A stretch of DNA of 40,883 bases, taken from the NCBI GenBank assembly GCA_000320545.1, contig ADNK01001031.1, positions 1-40,883 of the forward strand, written 5' to 3'. This DNA comes from Bigelowiella natans CCMP2755. Its lineage: Eukaryota; Protista; Cercozoa. Shown piece by piece: positions 1 to 12,244 of the stretch. The position numbers were made by a program, and so were the translations under genes. The stretch's first letter is position 1; every line of letters starts with the position of its first letter. Under the pieces are notes generated by a model. It was not told the DNA's origin. It made no database searches and worked only from the letters and a program-made list of their open reading frames with translations.

Positions 1-153
1 GATCTAGCGACGCGGCCAGTTGGGTCGAACAGAAGTCTCCTCAACCGGTGCTATTATCGCTGGGGACTCAGCGAAAGCCGCCATCGTTGTTGTTGTTATT
101 GTCGTTACATCATGGATACTTCGCCGTTGTATTTGAAATAGAATCTTCAGTTA

Positions 154-610
154 CCGAATTCCTTGCTTGAGAAAGGCAATCGTTCTCCAGAAAAACCCTA
201 TCAGATGAGACGTCTCCTGGAAGGAGCGAGGGCGTGGAAAGCGACGTGTGTTCGACAAGATGGCGGCGACGAAAGGCGAGAAGACACGATGAAGAACGTG
301 GTACACGATAGATAGTGAAGGGTGCAGACGTATGAGTATCTTATTTAGTCTTGGGAGAAGAGAAAGCGAAATGCGTGCATGCTGAGTCAGTGCATGGGGG
401 GGGGGGGATGGTTTTATTTTTTTAGCTATATCATTCTTATAGTCTGTTGTGACACTTATCATCCACCTCTCCCGAATCACTGGCTAGACTACTGGTGAAG
501 CTAATATCATAAAAAATAACATCATTCCGGAAGGTGTCTGTACCATGAAGTAGCTCATATGGCATCTATGCTCATCATAAGACTACGATCACATGTATTT
601 TAGTTTATTG

Positions 611-646
<36 letters not shown>

Positions 647-1308
647 ATCTTTGTAGGGCGTGTGCATGTATGTATAGCCCATATTTTTCATCATCGTTCT
701 AACATTTCAAAGCAGGCTGATTCACAAAATACCCAAAAGGTACTACTTCGTGACCTACCCTTGGTTGCCGCCCTTTGCTCGTATTGCAATGAGAAATTGA
801 TACAAGCACATGCTGGCATCTATCGCAACCCGTTTTCCCTTAAGAGATGATTATCATATCACATTCATGGACGGCACGATGGCTGCGGATGGAGGAGGTG
901 TAACACGCGTGCAATGGGCAACATTGGGATTTATCAGATTAAGAGATTAACACCTGGAGCGATTCGAGGCTGACTTCCGACACAGCCTGCGGAGCCTCCT
1001 TCGTGATCAACGGTCCTAGCCCCTTGATTCCACCCCCCCTCAGCGTCCAGAGTCGCATCACCTGGCGGGTCCTTCTCGATTGTGTTTTTCGGTTTGTGGT
1101 CTATGGTATATTGAGTAGGAGCTTTAAATCCGCGACAGACTTGCATCCTCTCCCGCCCTCTCCCTCTCTTTCTCCCATATCTCACCTGAAGGAGGGAAGG
1201 CACCGGGCATGTGGAGAGCAAGGACATCGCGATGAAACCGAGTAGTGTTGCTGTTAATCTCAAGAGGCTCGGGCGAAGCTGCAGCGCCCGGTGTGCGCTG
1301 GCAGCCAT
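154..1308 (-). CDS. FEN1: Flap endonuclease 1 (XPG/Rad2 family), 5' part, with N-terminal signal peptide + basic transit-like extension; continues beyond window start
   Basis: Spliced exons 1308-1186, 1100-954, 838-~759, ~500-467 and ~217-156 give [41 protein letters not shown]|[49 protein letters not shown]|[27 protein letters not shown]|[11 protein letters not shown]|[21 protein letters not shown]. This matches the FEN1 N-domain motifs MGIKGL, AIDASMxxYQFL and TSHLxGxFxRT. Introns are GT-AG and keep frame. Confidence 0.9.
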
Positions 1309-1516
1309 GACTGCCTTCGGAAGGGGAGGAGACAGATAGATTAAATGCCTTTCGTTTTTTACCATAAATCCGATACATGTATTGTCGCATAATAAAAACC
1401 ACACAGTTTTTTGTCGTTTACCTAGAATCTAAATTGTATCAAATTCATTACGAATTATATCCTGCGACAAGGATTTCATCTCGGATCAGAACAGATCCGC
1501 CCGGCCCCCTTTCCAG

Positions 1517-3499
1517 ATGGCGTCCGCACGCCCTCCCCTCACTGGGGACGATGGTAGTGTGATGAAGCGCGAGGTGATTGAGACGAAGGGCCATGATCCG
1601 AAGAGGCCCCAAGGCATATCGGTGAAGGATTTCTTCGAAATTGCGGAAACTGTCAAGTTCCTCAAGTCACATAAAGCCTCTAGGGTCGCACTGCAGTTTT
1701 CGGACGTCCTGTTACCAGACTCCCATTCCGTGTATCAGCTTCTGCGGGAGGGCATGCCGGAGGTGGCCTTCTTCATCCTGGCCGATACATCGTACGGCAG
1801 TTGTTGCGTTGATGAGGTGGCGAGTTCCCATGTCGACGCGGACGCCATTGTGCACTATGGAGACGCCTGCCTCACCAAGACTGGCGCCGTTCCGGTGAAG
1901 TACGTCTTTGGCCGCGCCGAGCTCGACCTGGGGAAGACTTTAGAGGGGATTCGTTCGATACTAACCCCGACAGGGAAGGATGGAAAGGAAGAGATAGAGC
2001 TCAAGCGACCTTCGAACCTCTTCGTTTTCCTTCAGACGAGGTACCAGCACGCCCAGCAATCCCTTCAGGAGCGCCTCTCCAGCAGCAAAGGTGGTTTCAC
2101 GGACATAGCGACGAGGGTACATATCGCAGAAATAGACACGAGCAGGGAAGCACCGGCTGAGGGTCCAGGGGGTGCCTCTTCTTCGAACGAAGCCTCCTCG
2201 GCCCCCACAGCGACTGGCGGCGCCACTAAGTCTTCCCTGGACAACCAGAGTGGTTGCGGTGAAAGCGCGACTACAGATAAAAAAAGCAACGGCAGCAGTA
2301 GCAGCAGCAGCAGCAGCTTGATCCCATCAACCTACCGGTTTGGGGGTGGCAAATCCCCGCAGGCAGGCGATGCGGTGCTGTTCATTGGGCCTGAGGAATG
2401 CGCGTTTCTAACCATGATCCGCCTCTCTTTGAACACATTTCCTATTTATCGTATCGACGTAGACACTCACTATCAGGCCGTGTTGCAATCGACGGCGGGG
2501 CGTCTCCTCGCACGGCGTTTCTACCTGATGAGCAAGATAAAGGAGGCCGAGATCATCGGGATCGTCGTCGGAACCATGAGCGTCGGCAGCTACCTGCACA
2601 TCATCCGCCACCTCCAGCGCGTGATTCGAGACGCAAACAAGAAATCATACCTGATCCTCGTCGGGAAGATCAATGTGCCCAAGCTTGCAAACTACGCCGA
2701 GATCGACATATTTGTGTTCGTTGCCTGCCCGTTCCAGAGCATCGTGGACTCAAGCGACTACTTCGCAGGTATTGTAACCCCCTTCGAGGTGGAGATCGCC
2801 CTCGTCAGAGGCCGCGAGTGGACGGGGGAATACTCGCCAGATTTCCAGGAGGTTTTACCGGAGGGGGGAGGGGGCACCGGCCGGCTACAGACGACAGATG
2901 AGCACCGCCAGAAGGACATGAGCGAAGACGAGGCTGCCGGCGTGCGCTTCTCGCTGATAACAGGGAAGGTAGAGCGCTCCGTCGGGCTCAGAGAGGGGGA
3001 AAGCATGAGCGACTCCAAGGCGCTCGTCAAGGCATCCAAGGCGCTTTCAAAAGTCCCAACAGCCCGGGATCACATGCTCACGCGCACTTTCAAGGGACTC
3101 GATGCCTCCACGCGCCCCGACGAGGCCCCGGCAGCGTCTGTCACCACCGGCCTCTCAGGAATCGCTTCTTCGTACGCATTCGAGCGTAGTGATGGGGGTG
3201 CGGATGACACGAAAGATAAGGAAGTATCAGGTAACAAGCAGCAAGCGGTCCGCAAAACCGACAACGAATATTCACCACCCATCGATCGGTACCCCCGACG
3301 GGCGGTGAGAAGGCTTGCTCCTGGTGAGCAACGAAAGCGTGCAGCAAATGGCGACGACGAGGACGAGGACGAGGACGAAGATGAAGATGAAGATGAGGAT
3401 GAAGATGAGGATGAGGAGGAGCTCGACGAAGAGAAGAGAAGAGAGAAGAACTTAGACTCAATATTGGCACTTATGAGCCGGAAGTCTGACACCTCGTAG
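1517..3499 (+). CDS. DPH2: Diphthamide biosynthesis protein 2 (DPH1/DPH2 family), intronless, with acidic C-terminal tail
   Basis: 660-aa ORF with RVALQFSD, ILADTSYGSCCVDEV, IVHYGDAC, GIVVGT, GKINVPKLANYAEIDIFVFVACP and IVTPFE. The late TFKGL and TGLSGIASSY motifs are typical of DPH2. Confidence 0.93.
   Translation: MASARPPLTGDDGSVMKREVIETKGHDPKRPQGISVKDFFEIAETVKFLKSHKASRVALQFSDVLLPDSHSVYQLLREGMPEVAFFILADTSYGSCCVDEVASSHVDADAIVHYGDACLTKTGAVPVKYVFGRAELDLGKTLEGIRSILTPTGKDGKEEIELKRPSNLFVFLQTRYQHAQQSLQERLSSSKGGFTDIATRVHIAEIDTSREAPAEGPGGASSSNEASSAPTATGGATKSSLDNQSGCGESATTDKKSNGSSSSSSSSLIPSTYRFGGGKSPQAGDAVLFIGPEECAFLTMIRLSLNTFPIYRIDVDTHYQAVLQSTAGRLLARRFYLMSKIKEAEIIGIVVGTMSVGSYLHIIRHLQRVIRDANKKSYLILVGKINVPKLANYAEIDIFVFVACPFQSIVDSSDYFAGIVTPFEVEIALVRGREWTGEYSPDFQEVLPEGGGGTGRLQTTDEHRQKDMSEDEAAGVRFSLITGKVERSVGLREGESMSDSKALVKASKALSKVPTARDHMLTRTFKGLDASTRPDEAPAASVTTGLSGIASSYAFERSDGGADDTKDKEVSGNKQQAVRKTDNEYSPPIDRYPRRAVRRLAPGEQRKRAANGDDEDEDEDEDEDEDEDEDEDEEELDEEKRREKNLDSILALMSRKSDTS
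3352..3430 (+). repeat. Coding (GAY-GAR)n repeat encoding a poly-DE tract in DPH2
   Basis: gacgacgaggacgaggacgaggacgaagatgaagat... translates to DDEDEDEDEDEDEDEDEDEDEEELDEE. Confidence 0.9.
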
Positions 3500-3531
3500 C
3501 ACCAGTGATATTAGTATAATTTTTATTTTTA

Positions 3532-3564
<33 letters not shown>

Positions 3565-4723
3565 GCAGCAGCAGTAGTAGTAGCAGCAACGATTCCAGTG
3601 GTGCTTCCAGTTATTGTGTAGGTACGCATTATGAGGTGAGGAGAAAGATCGCCTCGTGCATGCTACGTCAGTCTCAATCACTGTTGTTTAAGCACATTCC
3701 AAAATGAAGTGGACATTTCGTTATTGTGCATGATTGAGGGTTAGCAAAAAATATCAAGTTCTAGCTCTAGCATCTGAATGCACTGACAATATGTTGCGCA
3801 TTTGATGCATGAGTGCTACGTCTCTAGACGTGCATGCACTGCGCGTGAGGCCAATGTACCAAGCTGTACAAACGAGCCAGCAGGCATGTGCGATCCATTT
3901 TGTTTATTAGCTTTTGTGCTTGTTGCATCACACGCCCATCTAGCCATGTATGCATGTGTGAGCTTGCGTGTGAAGATGTTGCACCTGCTAGCTTGTTCGC
4001 AATGGTCGTTGTTGCCTACGACCGCTTGCATTGCACATGCATGCATGCTCAAGCTGTCGTGTACATACGTATACTGCTAGACTGCAGCAGTGTGTGCCAT
4101 GATAAAGCGCTCGATCATCGCATGCGTGTGCACAGCATATCAAGTGGAAGCCACCATCGTCGCTTACGATACGTGTGCATGACGACATCGTTGCACAGCA
4201 TGCCTTATTAATTAGATAGCGGATTATAGGATCGGATGGCTGCTAGCTAGCCACGTACCCAATTATAAACATCTTTACAGTCTAGCAGTGGTATCATTGC
4301 GCAAGGTTGGCTAGTTGGGCACTCATAATAATTCAAAGCCCTCATCAAAGCTGGTAGCTCATCATAGCTACATCATCAAATGCTTTGACGAGGCATGCAC
4401 GATGCAATATGCCGCTCAAATGATTTAATTATTGTGATCACATTAAGCAATAAAGTAGTAGGTAGTACATCCCAATTAATAGACTCAAACGAGTGACAAG
4501 CTTGCTAGCTGTCTTCGTCGTGCCTCGTAGATTGAGATACGCGTCATCATCTCCTTCGCGTGGCAGAGAGAGATCTTAGTGTAATGATGGTGATGATGAT
4601 GACGATGGTGATGAAATGACAAGACATAATAGAGGTGGTAATAGTGGAAGACAATGACATCGCTAGGTCAGAAAAGTGCCCGCGTCGTCGTCGTCGTCGT
4701 CGTCGTCGCTATATCTATCCTCC

Positions 4724-7700
4724 TCAGAGCTTGGATCGCACAGAGAGCGCTGCCGTCTCAGTCACAATCGTGCCGTACTTGAGCGCTGCGTGTGCAGCAG
4801 CCATACGAGCAACGGGCACGCGGTACGGCGAGCAGGAGACGTTGTCCAGGCCGATGCGGTGGCAGAACTCCACCGAAGTTGGGTCGCCGCCATGCTCCCC
4901 GCACACGCCGATGTCGATGTGGGGGTTCTGTCCGCGCGCGAGGCCGACGCAAACCTTCATGAGCTTGCCCACACCCTTCTGGTCAATAGACTGGAACGGG
5001 TCGCGGATGTAGATCTTCTTCGCGGTGTAGTGCTTCAGGAAGGAGCCCGAGTCGTCGCGGGAGAAGCCGCACGTCATCTGCGTGAGGTCGTTGGTTCCGA
5101 ACGACATGAACTCGCACTCCTTGGCCAGGTTGTCGGCGTTGAGCGCGGCGCGGGGGATCTCGATCATGGTGCCGACCTTGTAGTTGACGACGCCCTCGGC
5201 CCCGGTGTCCTTTGCGAGCTTCTTCACGAGCGTCTTGAGCGGCATGTACTCCTTCAGGTTCCCGACGAAGGGGATCTCGATGTGGGGGTGCGGCGACTTG
5301 CCCGCCCGCTGCAGCTTCACGGCGGCCTCGAAGATGGCGCGGATCTGCATGGCGTTGATTTCGGGGTAGACGACGCCGAGGCGGCACCCACGGAACCCAA
5401 GCATAGGGTTGAACTCCTTGAGGGCCTCTACCTTGGCCTCAATCTGCGACACGTTGCGGCCGAGGGAGGAAGCGAGCTGCTGGCACTCGGCCTTGGTGTG
5501 AGGCAGGAACTCATGGAGGGGTGGATCGAGGAGCCTGACGACGACAGGAAGCCCGTCCATAGCGCCGAGAATGCCCTCGAAGTCGCTGCGCTGGTAGGGG
5601 AGCAGCTTGGCGAGGGCCCTCTCGCGGCCGGCCTTGTCGAAGGCGAGGATCATCTCGCGCACGGCCTGGATGCGCGCCTTCTCGAAGAACATGTGCTCCG
5701 TGCGCGTGAGGCCGATGCCCTCTGCGCCGAGGGAGCGGGCGACCCGTGCGTCCTTTGGAGTGTCGGCGTTCGCCAGCACGCCGAGCTTGCGGAAGGAGTC
5801 GGCGTACGCGAGGAGGGTGCCGACGCCGCCCTTCACATCAGGCTTCACGACTGGGAGCTTCTCCAGGTACACCTTACCGGTTGCGCCGTCGAGAGAGATC
5901 CAGTCTCCGTACCGGATGGTCTTTCCGTTGATGACCGCGCTCTTGGTTGCGCCGTGCTTGATCTCGAGGTCAGAGCAGCCGGACACGCAGCACTTGTTCA
6001 TGCCCCTCGCCACCACAGCGGCGTGGGAAGTCATACCCCCGCGAGCGGTTAGGGTTCCTGTGTGACGACGATGTGTTAAAAAAAAAAAAAAAAACGTTAT
6101 TTTATTTATCGAACGGAATGACTCCGGCATCATCATCGTAAGAATCCGTGATAAAAAAGGAAAGAACTCATCTCGTGAATCATGCGGTGGTACCTTCGGA
6201 GGCCTCCATACCGCCGATGTCCTCAGGAGAGGTCTCGAGGCGCACGAGCACGCACGCCTTGCCCTCGGCCTTCCACTTGGCGGCGTCCTCGGAGGTGAAG
6301 ACAATTTGTCCGACGGCAGCTCCGGGGGAGGCGGGCAGCCCCTTCGCAACGTGCCGGGCGGTCTTAATGGCCTTGGGGTCGAGCTGGTCGTGGAGCAGCT
6401 TCTCAATCTGGTCGGGGCTGACGCGGAGGACCGCTGTTTTCTTGTCGATCAGGCCCTCCTGCACCATCTCAACGGCCATGCGAACCGCGGCGTTGGCCGT
6501 GCGCTTCCCGTTTCGGGTCTGCAGGATCCAGAGCTTGTTGTTTTGGATGGTGAATTCGATGTCCTGCATGTCGTGGTAGTGGTTCTCGAGGAGCTCGAAG
6601 ATGTCCATGAGCTCCTTGTGGATCGAAGGGAGCGCCTTCTGTAGCTGGGTCAGCTTCTGCGGTGTGCGGATTCCTGCTACGACGTCCTCTCCCTGAGCGT
6701 TCATGAGGTACTCTCCATAGCGGATGTTCTCCCCGGTGGAGGGATCACGTGTGAAGCCGACACCAGTACCGCAGTCATCTCCCATATTTCCGAAAACCAT
6801 AGCCTGCACGTTCACAGCGGTTCCTAGGGGGGGGGGGGGACAGAACACGTCGGTCAGGTTTACAGGATGAGCAACAGCAGCAGTGGAGGACGAGGATCCA
6901 GGACGTACAAACCACTAGTACTACATTCAATTGTCGTCTTTATTTGCCCCCTGTCTGTCTTGTCTCATATTACCGAGATCATCTGGGATGTAGTTCATCT
7001 GGCGATACTTTTGAGCGCGGGGGTTGTTCCAGGACTGGAACACAGCGTTGATGGCGATGGCGAGCTGCTTGCGGGCGTCCGAGGGGAACGGCATCTTGGC
7101 CATCTTCTCGAAGAGCGCCAGGAACTCTCCGCACACCTCCTTCATTGCTGAGGCATCGAGGTCCGTGTCAAGCTTCACGCCACGGGAGGCCTTCACCTTG
7201 TCGAGAAGTGCCTCGAACTTGGAGCGCTCGAGACCGAGGCAGACGTCGGCGAACATCTGGATGAAGCGGCGAAATGAGTCGTATGCCCACCTAGAACAGA
7301 TACGGGAAGGAGGAGGGGCGGAATTTTTAGGCAGTGTCAATTTTGTCGATACCAGCCTATCTTGCCCATTCTATATATTTGTATCCACCTCAGACAATCT
7401 CAATGAACCGACCTTGGTTTTCCAGAGGCCTTTCCAATACTCTCAACGTTAACAGCATTGAGACCCAAGTTTAGTACGGTGTCCTGAGGTGGGAAGGGGA
7501 TAGATCGCGAGGGGGAGGGGGGGGGGGGAGATTAGGCAAACTGTATATCTATCGATAAAATAGTGTCTGCTACCATCATTCCAGGCATCGAGATGACAGC
7601 TCCCGAGCGGACGGAGAGGAGAACGGGATCCTCAGGCGCCCCTAATTTCTTTCCTAGCTGCTTCTCCAACTGCGAAACGCACTTCTCCACCTGTCCCTCG

Positions 7701-7882
7701 AGGCCTGCAGGCCACTTGCCGGTTTTGGTGAACGAAATGCACGCAGTGGTAGTGATGGTGAAGCCAGGAGGAACCGGGAGACCTAGATTTGTCATCTCGC
7801 TCAAGTTAGCCCCCTTTCCTCCAAGGAGAGCCTTGTCCTTCTTGCTCCCCTCTCCGAAGTAGTAAACCCATTTGCTCGACAT
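4724..7882 (-). CDS. PPDK: Pyruvate, phosphate dikinase; 5 exons (7882-7574, 7483-7413, 7290-6974, 6823-6194, 6057-4724), ~886 aa, ends in -RSKL
   Basis: Motifs [59 protein letters not shown], the catalytic [34 protein letters not shown] and GVCGEHGG. All four introns are GT-AG and keep frame. Confidence 0.97.
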
Positions 7883-8547
7883 TTTGAGTTGAGTTCGAAA
7901 GTCTGTAAGCAGGTTTCCAAATGAGGTACAAAACGGCGGTCAGCAAGCGTGTTTTGGGAGGGGGTGAGACGGAGGTACCTACGATTTGTGTGGAGTGCGT
8001 GTAGTTAGTTCCTTCGAACGCTACGCACCCACGTGCTAAAAAAACGAAAGTAGCGGATATTCAACGGGTATTTAGGAAAACTAACCTGTTGTATGTATGC
8101 GACGTGATTTTTTTTCAAGATAGATTGAAAGCATTTTCGCCGAGAAACACACCCAGTTTAACGACTTATTGCGAAGTTCGGCACTTTTTGTAAGGATTTC
8201 AACCTTCATTACGTCTTTTTTAGAAACCTGAGAGAACCCGCAAGCGTCTGTATTACGGGCATCTCTTCTTTGGCCTTCTTAGTGCCAAATATCTGCAATT
8301 GTGCTACGTAACACAAAAATAGCTCATGCTATCCCTTTTCAGAAGAAAGCGGCGATTGTAGGCAATATCTCTCCGAGATGCCCTGGTATTAATGAAACTA
8401 AGACAACCCTCTGAATTGGTTTTAGGAGACTTCGCGACACGGGGAAACTTCCCTGGCATGTTGGCGGGGGTATATTTGGTCCAGAAGAACCAGCAGCCCT
8501 CCAAGACATCTGGAGCCCTTCCTCCGTGGTTATTTCCGGGGGAGAAA

Positions 8548-8879
8548 ATGGACCAAAATTCAGCGTGGAAGAATCCGATCGTGTTGAACTACCGTCATGA
8601 TCTCGCTATATGTATATGGGAATATACGGGAAATATGCACTGGTTTCTGGATTTGGAAGGCCTTTCTCCGCTCCGAGCACATCTCTCGGATATCAGAAGG
8701 CCAGCTGTGTCTCTTCTGCTATGAACACACAAGCACGCGTCGGCGTGGCCTCTCTCACTCCTGCCAATAGGAGCGACCGGCACTAAGAACCTAAAAATAC
8801 CGGGCTTTCGAAATTTGACCTTCCTCTCCGCTCATCAAATAGCTCTCTTACCTCTCCCTCGGTGGTGGTGGTGGTGTTG

Positions 8880-8919
<40 letters not shown>

Positions 8920-9321
8920 TGCAGAGAGCGTGAAGCGAAAGAGTCGCGACGTTACAAACTTGGTGCACACAACGTTCGACTCGAGCATAATCATGGTAAT
9001 TTATGCACGAGACTCTGGCTATACTGCAGCCTTAAACTCTTTCGAATGATCACTGTAGGGGATGAGCTATGGCGCCCGAGGCCAAATTATCTACGTCTCG
9101 GACGGCTCTCAGGTTGTTTAGCGATTCGATATTTTAAGAAGATCAAGTTGTCATGAGGGGAGGGGGGGGGGGGGGATGAGGGACAACTCAAATTCTTCAA
9201 AAGGTTAGTGTTTGTGTAACAATGATGATCTTTACCCTGAAGGCCGAACAACAAGGAGTGCAACCCGGTTGGATAATCATAGAGGTCCCTTGCTTCTGCA
9301 GTCTCTTTTTCTTTCTTTCTT

Positions 9322-9373
<52 letters not shown>

Positions 9374-9775
9374 TCTTTCTCTTTATCTGTGCAATGTGTG
9401 CACCTGTGTACATTTCCAGATCCAGTCTCAGAATACACCAACAACACACATAGATTTACAATGACCATCTTTCGATACTTGGGTTGTACACGTTACGCTC
9501 ACTCACTCGTCTCATTACGACTTTACTCTCAGATTAACGGAGAGCAGGTTTTCGGGATGAACGATATCACGTTTCGCCTGCGCAAGCTGAAGAGCCAAAG
9601 TTGTAAGCGGGGGGAGGGGGGGAGAGAAACACGAAGAAAGCTGGATAATAGATAACGCGATATCGAAAATGCTATATTGATGATGATGATGATGTTGTCA
9701 ATGATTGCTGTGATAATGATGATAATGCTTAATGGCGAGAATAAATTCGAACAGAAGAAATTTAGCAGAAAGCAA

Positions 9776-9849
<74 letters not shown>

Positions 9850-10658
9850 ATATCGATATGTACGTCTTCAACCTCCAAACCTGCCACCAGCCTCATATAC
9901 ATACATACGGATGGGAATATATCTAATCCAATAGGACGGCGAGTCCAGATTGCTTTTAGAATGGGAGCTGACGCTAATCACGATGGAGAAGGAGGACGAG
10001 GAAGAGGAGGCGATGTTACCTCTAGGCCGCCTCTATCTCCCCCCCTTAGCCCCCCAATGAGTCCGATGCCGCCGGCTGAGCAAGGGAGGGGCATTTCCAT
10101 CGATGTGACAACGCAGCAACGGGGGGATGAGTCGCTCTCCGTACTGAGCGTGAATTCGAATCAAGCTGCTATTGCAGACGGACTGTCCGGTGAGTAGGAG
10201 GAGTAGAAGCAGTAGCAGTAGTCGTAGTAGTAGTAGTAGTAGTAATAGCAATGGAATAGATGTTGTTGTTGTTGTAGTAGTAGTAGTAGTAGTAGTAATG
10301 GTGGTACTAGAGAGAGCGTGAAATTTTGCTTCTTGCTATAAACCTCATCCTCTCCTACACCCCCCCCCCTTTCCTTCGCCCACCCTTCGATCAAATAGAT
10401 GCTCAGTCGCTGACATCGGATCTAGGGGGAGAGGGCCTGGGGCGGTACAGCCTCAAGTGCGAGATTTGCGGGCAGTGGTTCAAGAGCAGGAAGGACTTTC
10501 GTAATACCTTGAGATTATAACCTAGATGTATAAGATGGTATGTATAAAGCTCCTCTTCTACTGCTGCCGCTGCTGCCAATGGTAGCCCATCTATGCCGTG
10601 TGTGTTATCATACCATCTGTCAAGGAGGAGAGGGGGAGGGGGAGGGCGACAAAAGAAA

Positions 10659-10689
<31 letters not shown>

Positions 10690-11713
10690 CTTCTGCTTCT
10701 TCTTCTGCTTCTTCTTCTGCTTCTCCCTCCTTCCCCTCCTCGTAGGCACGCACACAATGCTGCATAACAGAGGCCCGCAGCAGTGGCGCTCCCTATGCAG
10801 CAAATGCCACATGTAGGGACCCATGCATGCCCCCCCCCCCCTCCCGCTCCCCAACGCCGTCTCACTTGAAAAGCATTGATTTCGTCCTCGTTACATCGAC
10901 ATTCACCACCACGGGCGGCGGCATGCACATTCTCTCAGCAAGAGCTGTTGTCCCTCCTCGCATGATCGTCAGCGCCGCGGTCGTCCAAATCGTCGCCCCT
11001 CATCGTTGACGATGGTGTTGCTGCTGCTGCTGCGGCGTAGGTGGTTCGAGTCGGAAACCCTGTACTTCTCTCACAAATGCTTGACCGAGGCGCATAGGAC
11101 GTGCACGCATTGTAACCTAAGGTACCCATGGCAGGGGGGGGGGTATGATGATGATAATGATGATGATAACGATAGTGATGTTGATGATGATAATGATAAT
11201 GATAGTAATCATGTTGGTGATGGTGGTGATGGTATTTATGTCGATGTGGATTTATATGACAACCAGGTTTTCGAGCGAGATGGAGCTCCTCCTGTGCGTA
11301 CCACAACACACCCCTAGCTTATACTAGTTATTTATTGGCAATGAGAGGAGGAGAAGAGGGAGGAGGAAGGGAGGGAGGGAGGAGGGGGCCATTAGTTTGG
11401 CGGAGTCGATGAAAATGTCAATGACGATGAAATAGGCACTACGACATCCGTGATCGACGCAACGGGACATGCCCAAAGGTGAGAGCATATCAGAGAGTAG
11501 CTAGCAAAGAAAGAAAGCTTCCAAACTTGGGGGGCAGGGAGCTACACATACATAGCTAGCGAGAGAGATTGGGAGGGTTGGAGAAGAAGGAGGCAACGAC
11601 TTCTGCGTAGATATATACCTTTAGAGATGTCCTGTGAGCGTCTTAGAGCCACAAACTCGCACACACGTACCCGTGCACCAAACTTAGCGGGCGGGAGAAC
11701 ACTAACACGCATC

Positions 11714-11796
<83 letters not shown>

Positions 11797-12211
11797 TCGC
11801 ACTGAAAAAACGACGGCATTTTAACTTCGGAAAAAGGAGGTTGATCTCATCACCGAGCCTGAAATCGAGGAGTACCCTTCAGTGTAAGGAGAACAGTAAC
11901 AAATTAGTAGTGAGAATTGAAGCCTTACCACGTAAATGCACCATCGTTACCATCGAATGGTTACTTGAACGAATCCATCTTTGAGCCCCCCCCCTCCCGC
12001 CTCATTTCTTCCTCGTTCTTTTCCTTTTTATCTGCGTGTACACATACTCCCTGCCGCACACTTTCACATCGTCTCGTATACCGCAGTCTCTTCAGAAACG
12101 ACTCCCAGGGCCAGAATCTCCGAAAGTTTCGGTATCAAATGTTTCTATCCTGTGTATACATGCATGCATGTGCGCCATGTTGGCTATCACGCAACACAAC
12201 ACAACGCTCAC

Positions 12212-12244
<33 letters not shown>

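Noticed and set aside
4676-6052. 458-aa plus-strand ORF
   Set aside because: Antisense shadow of the GC3-rich PPDK last exon; no independent motifs.
9598-9936. Possible second Sec codon formed by splicing (T|GA) in the PDZ gene
   Set aside because: A nearby alternative donor or acceptor gives a sense codon, there is no redox motif, and I saw no SECIS. It needs cDNA to settle.
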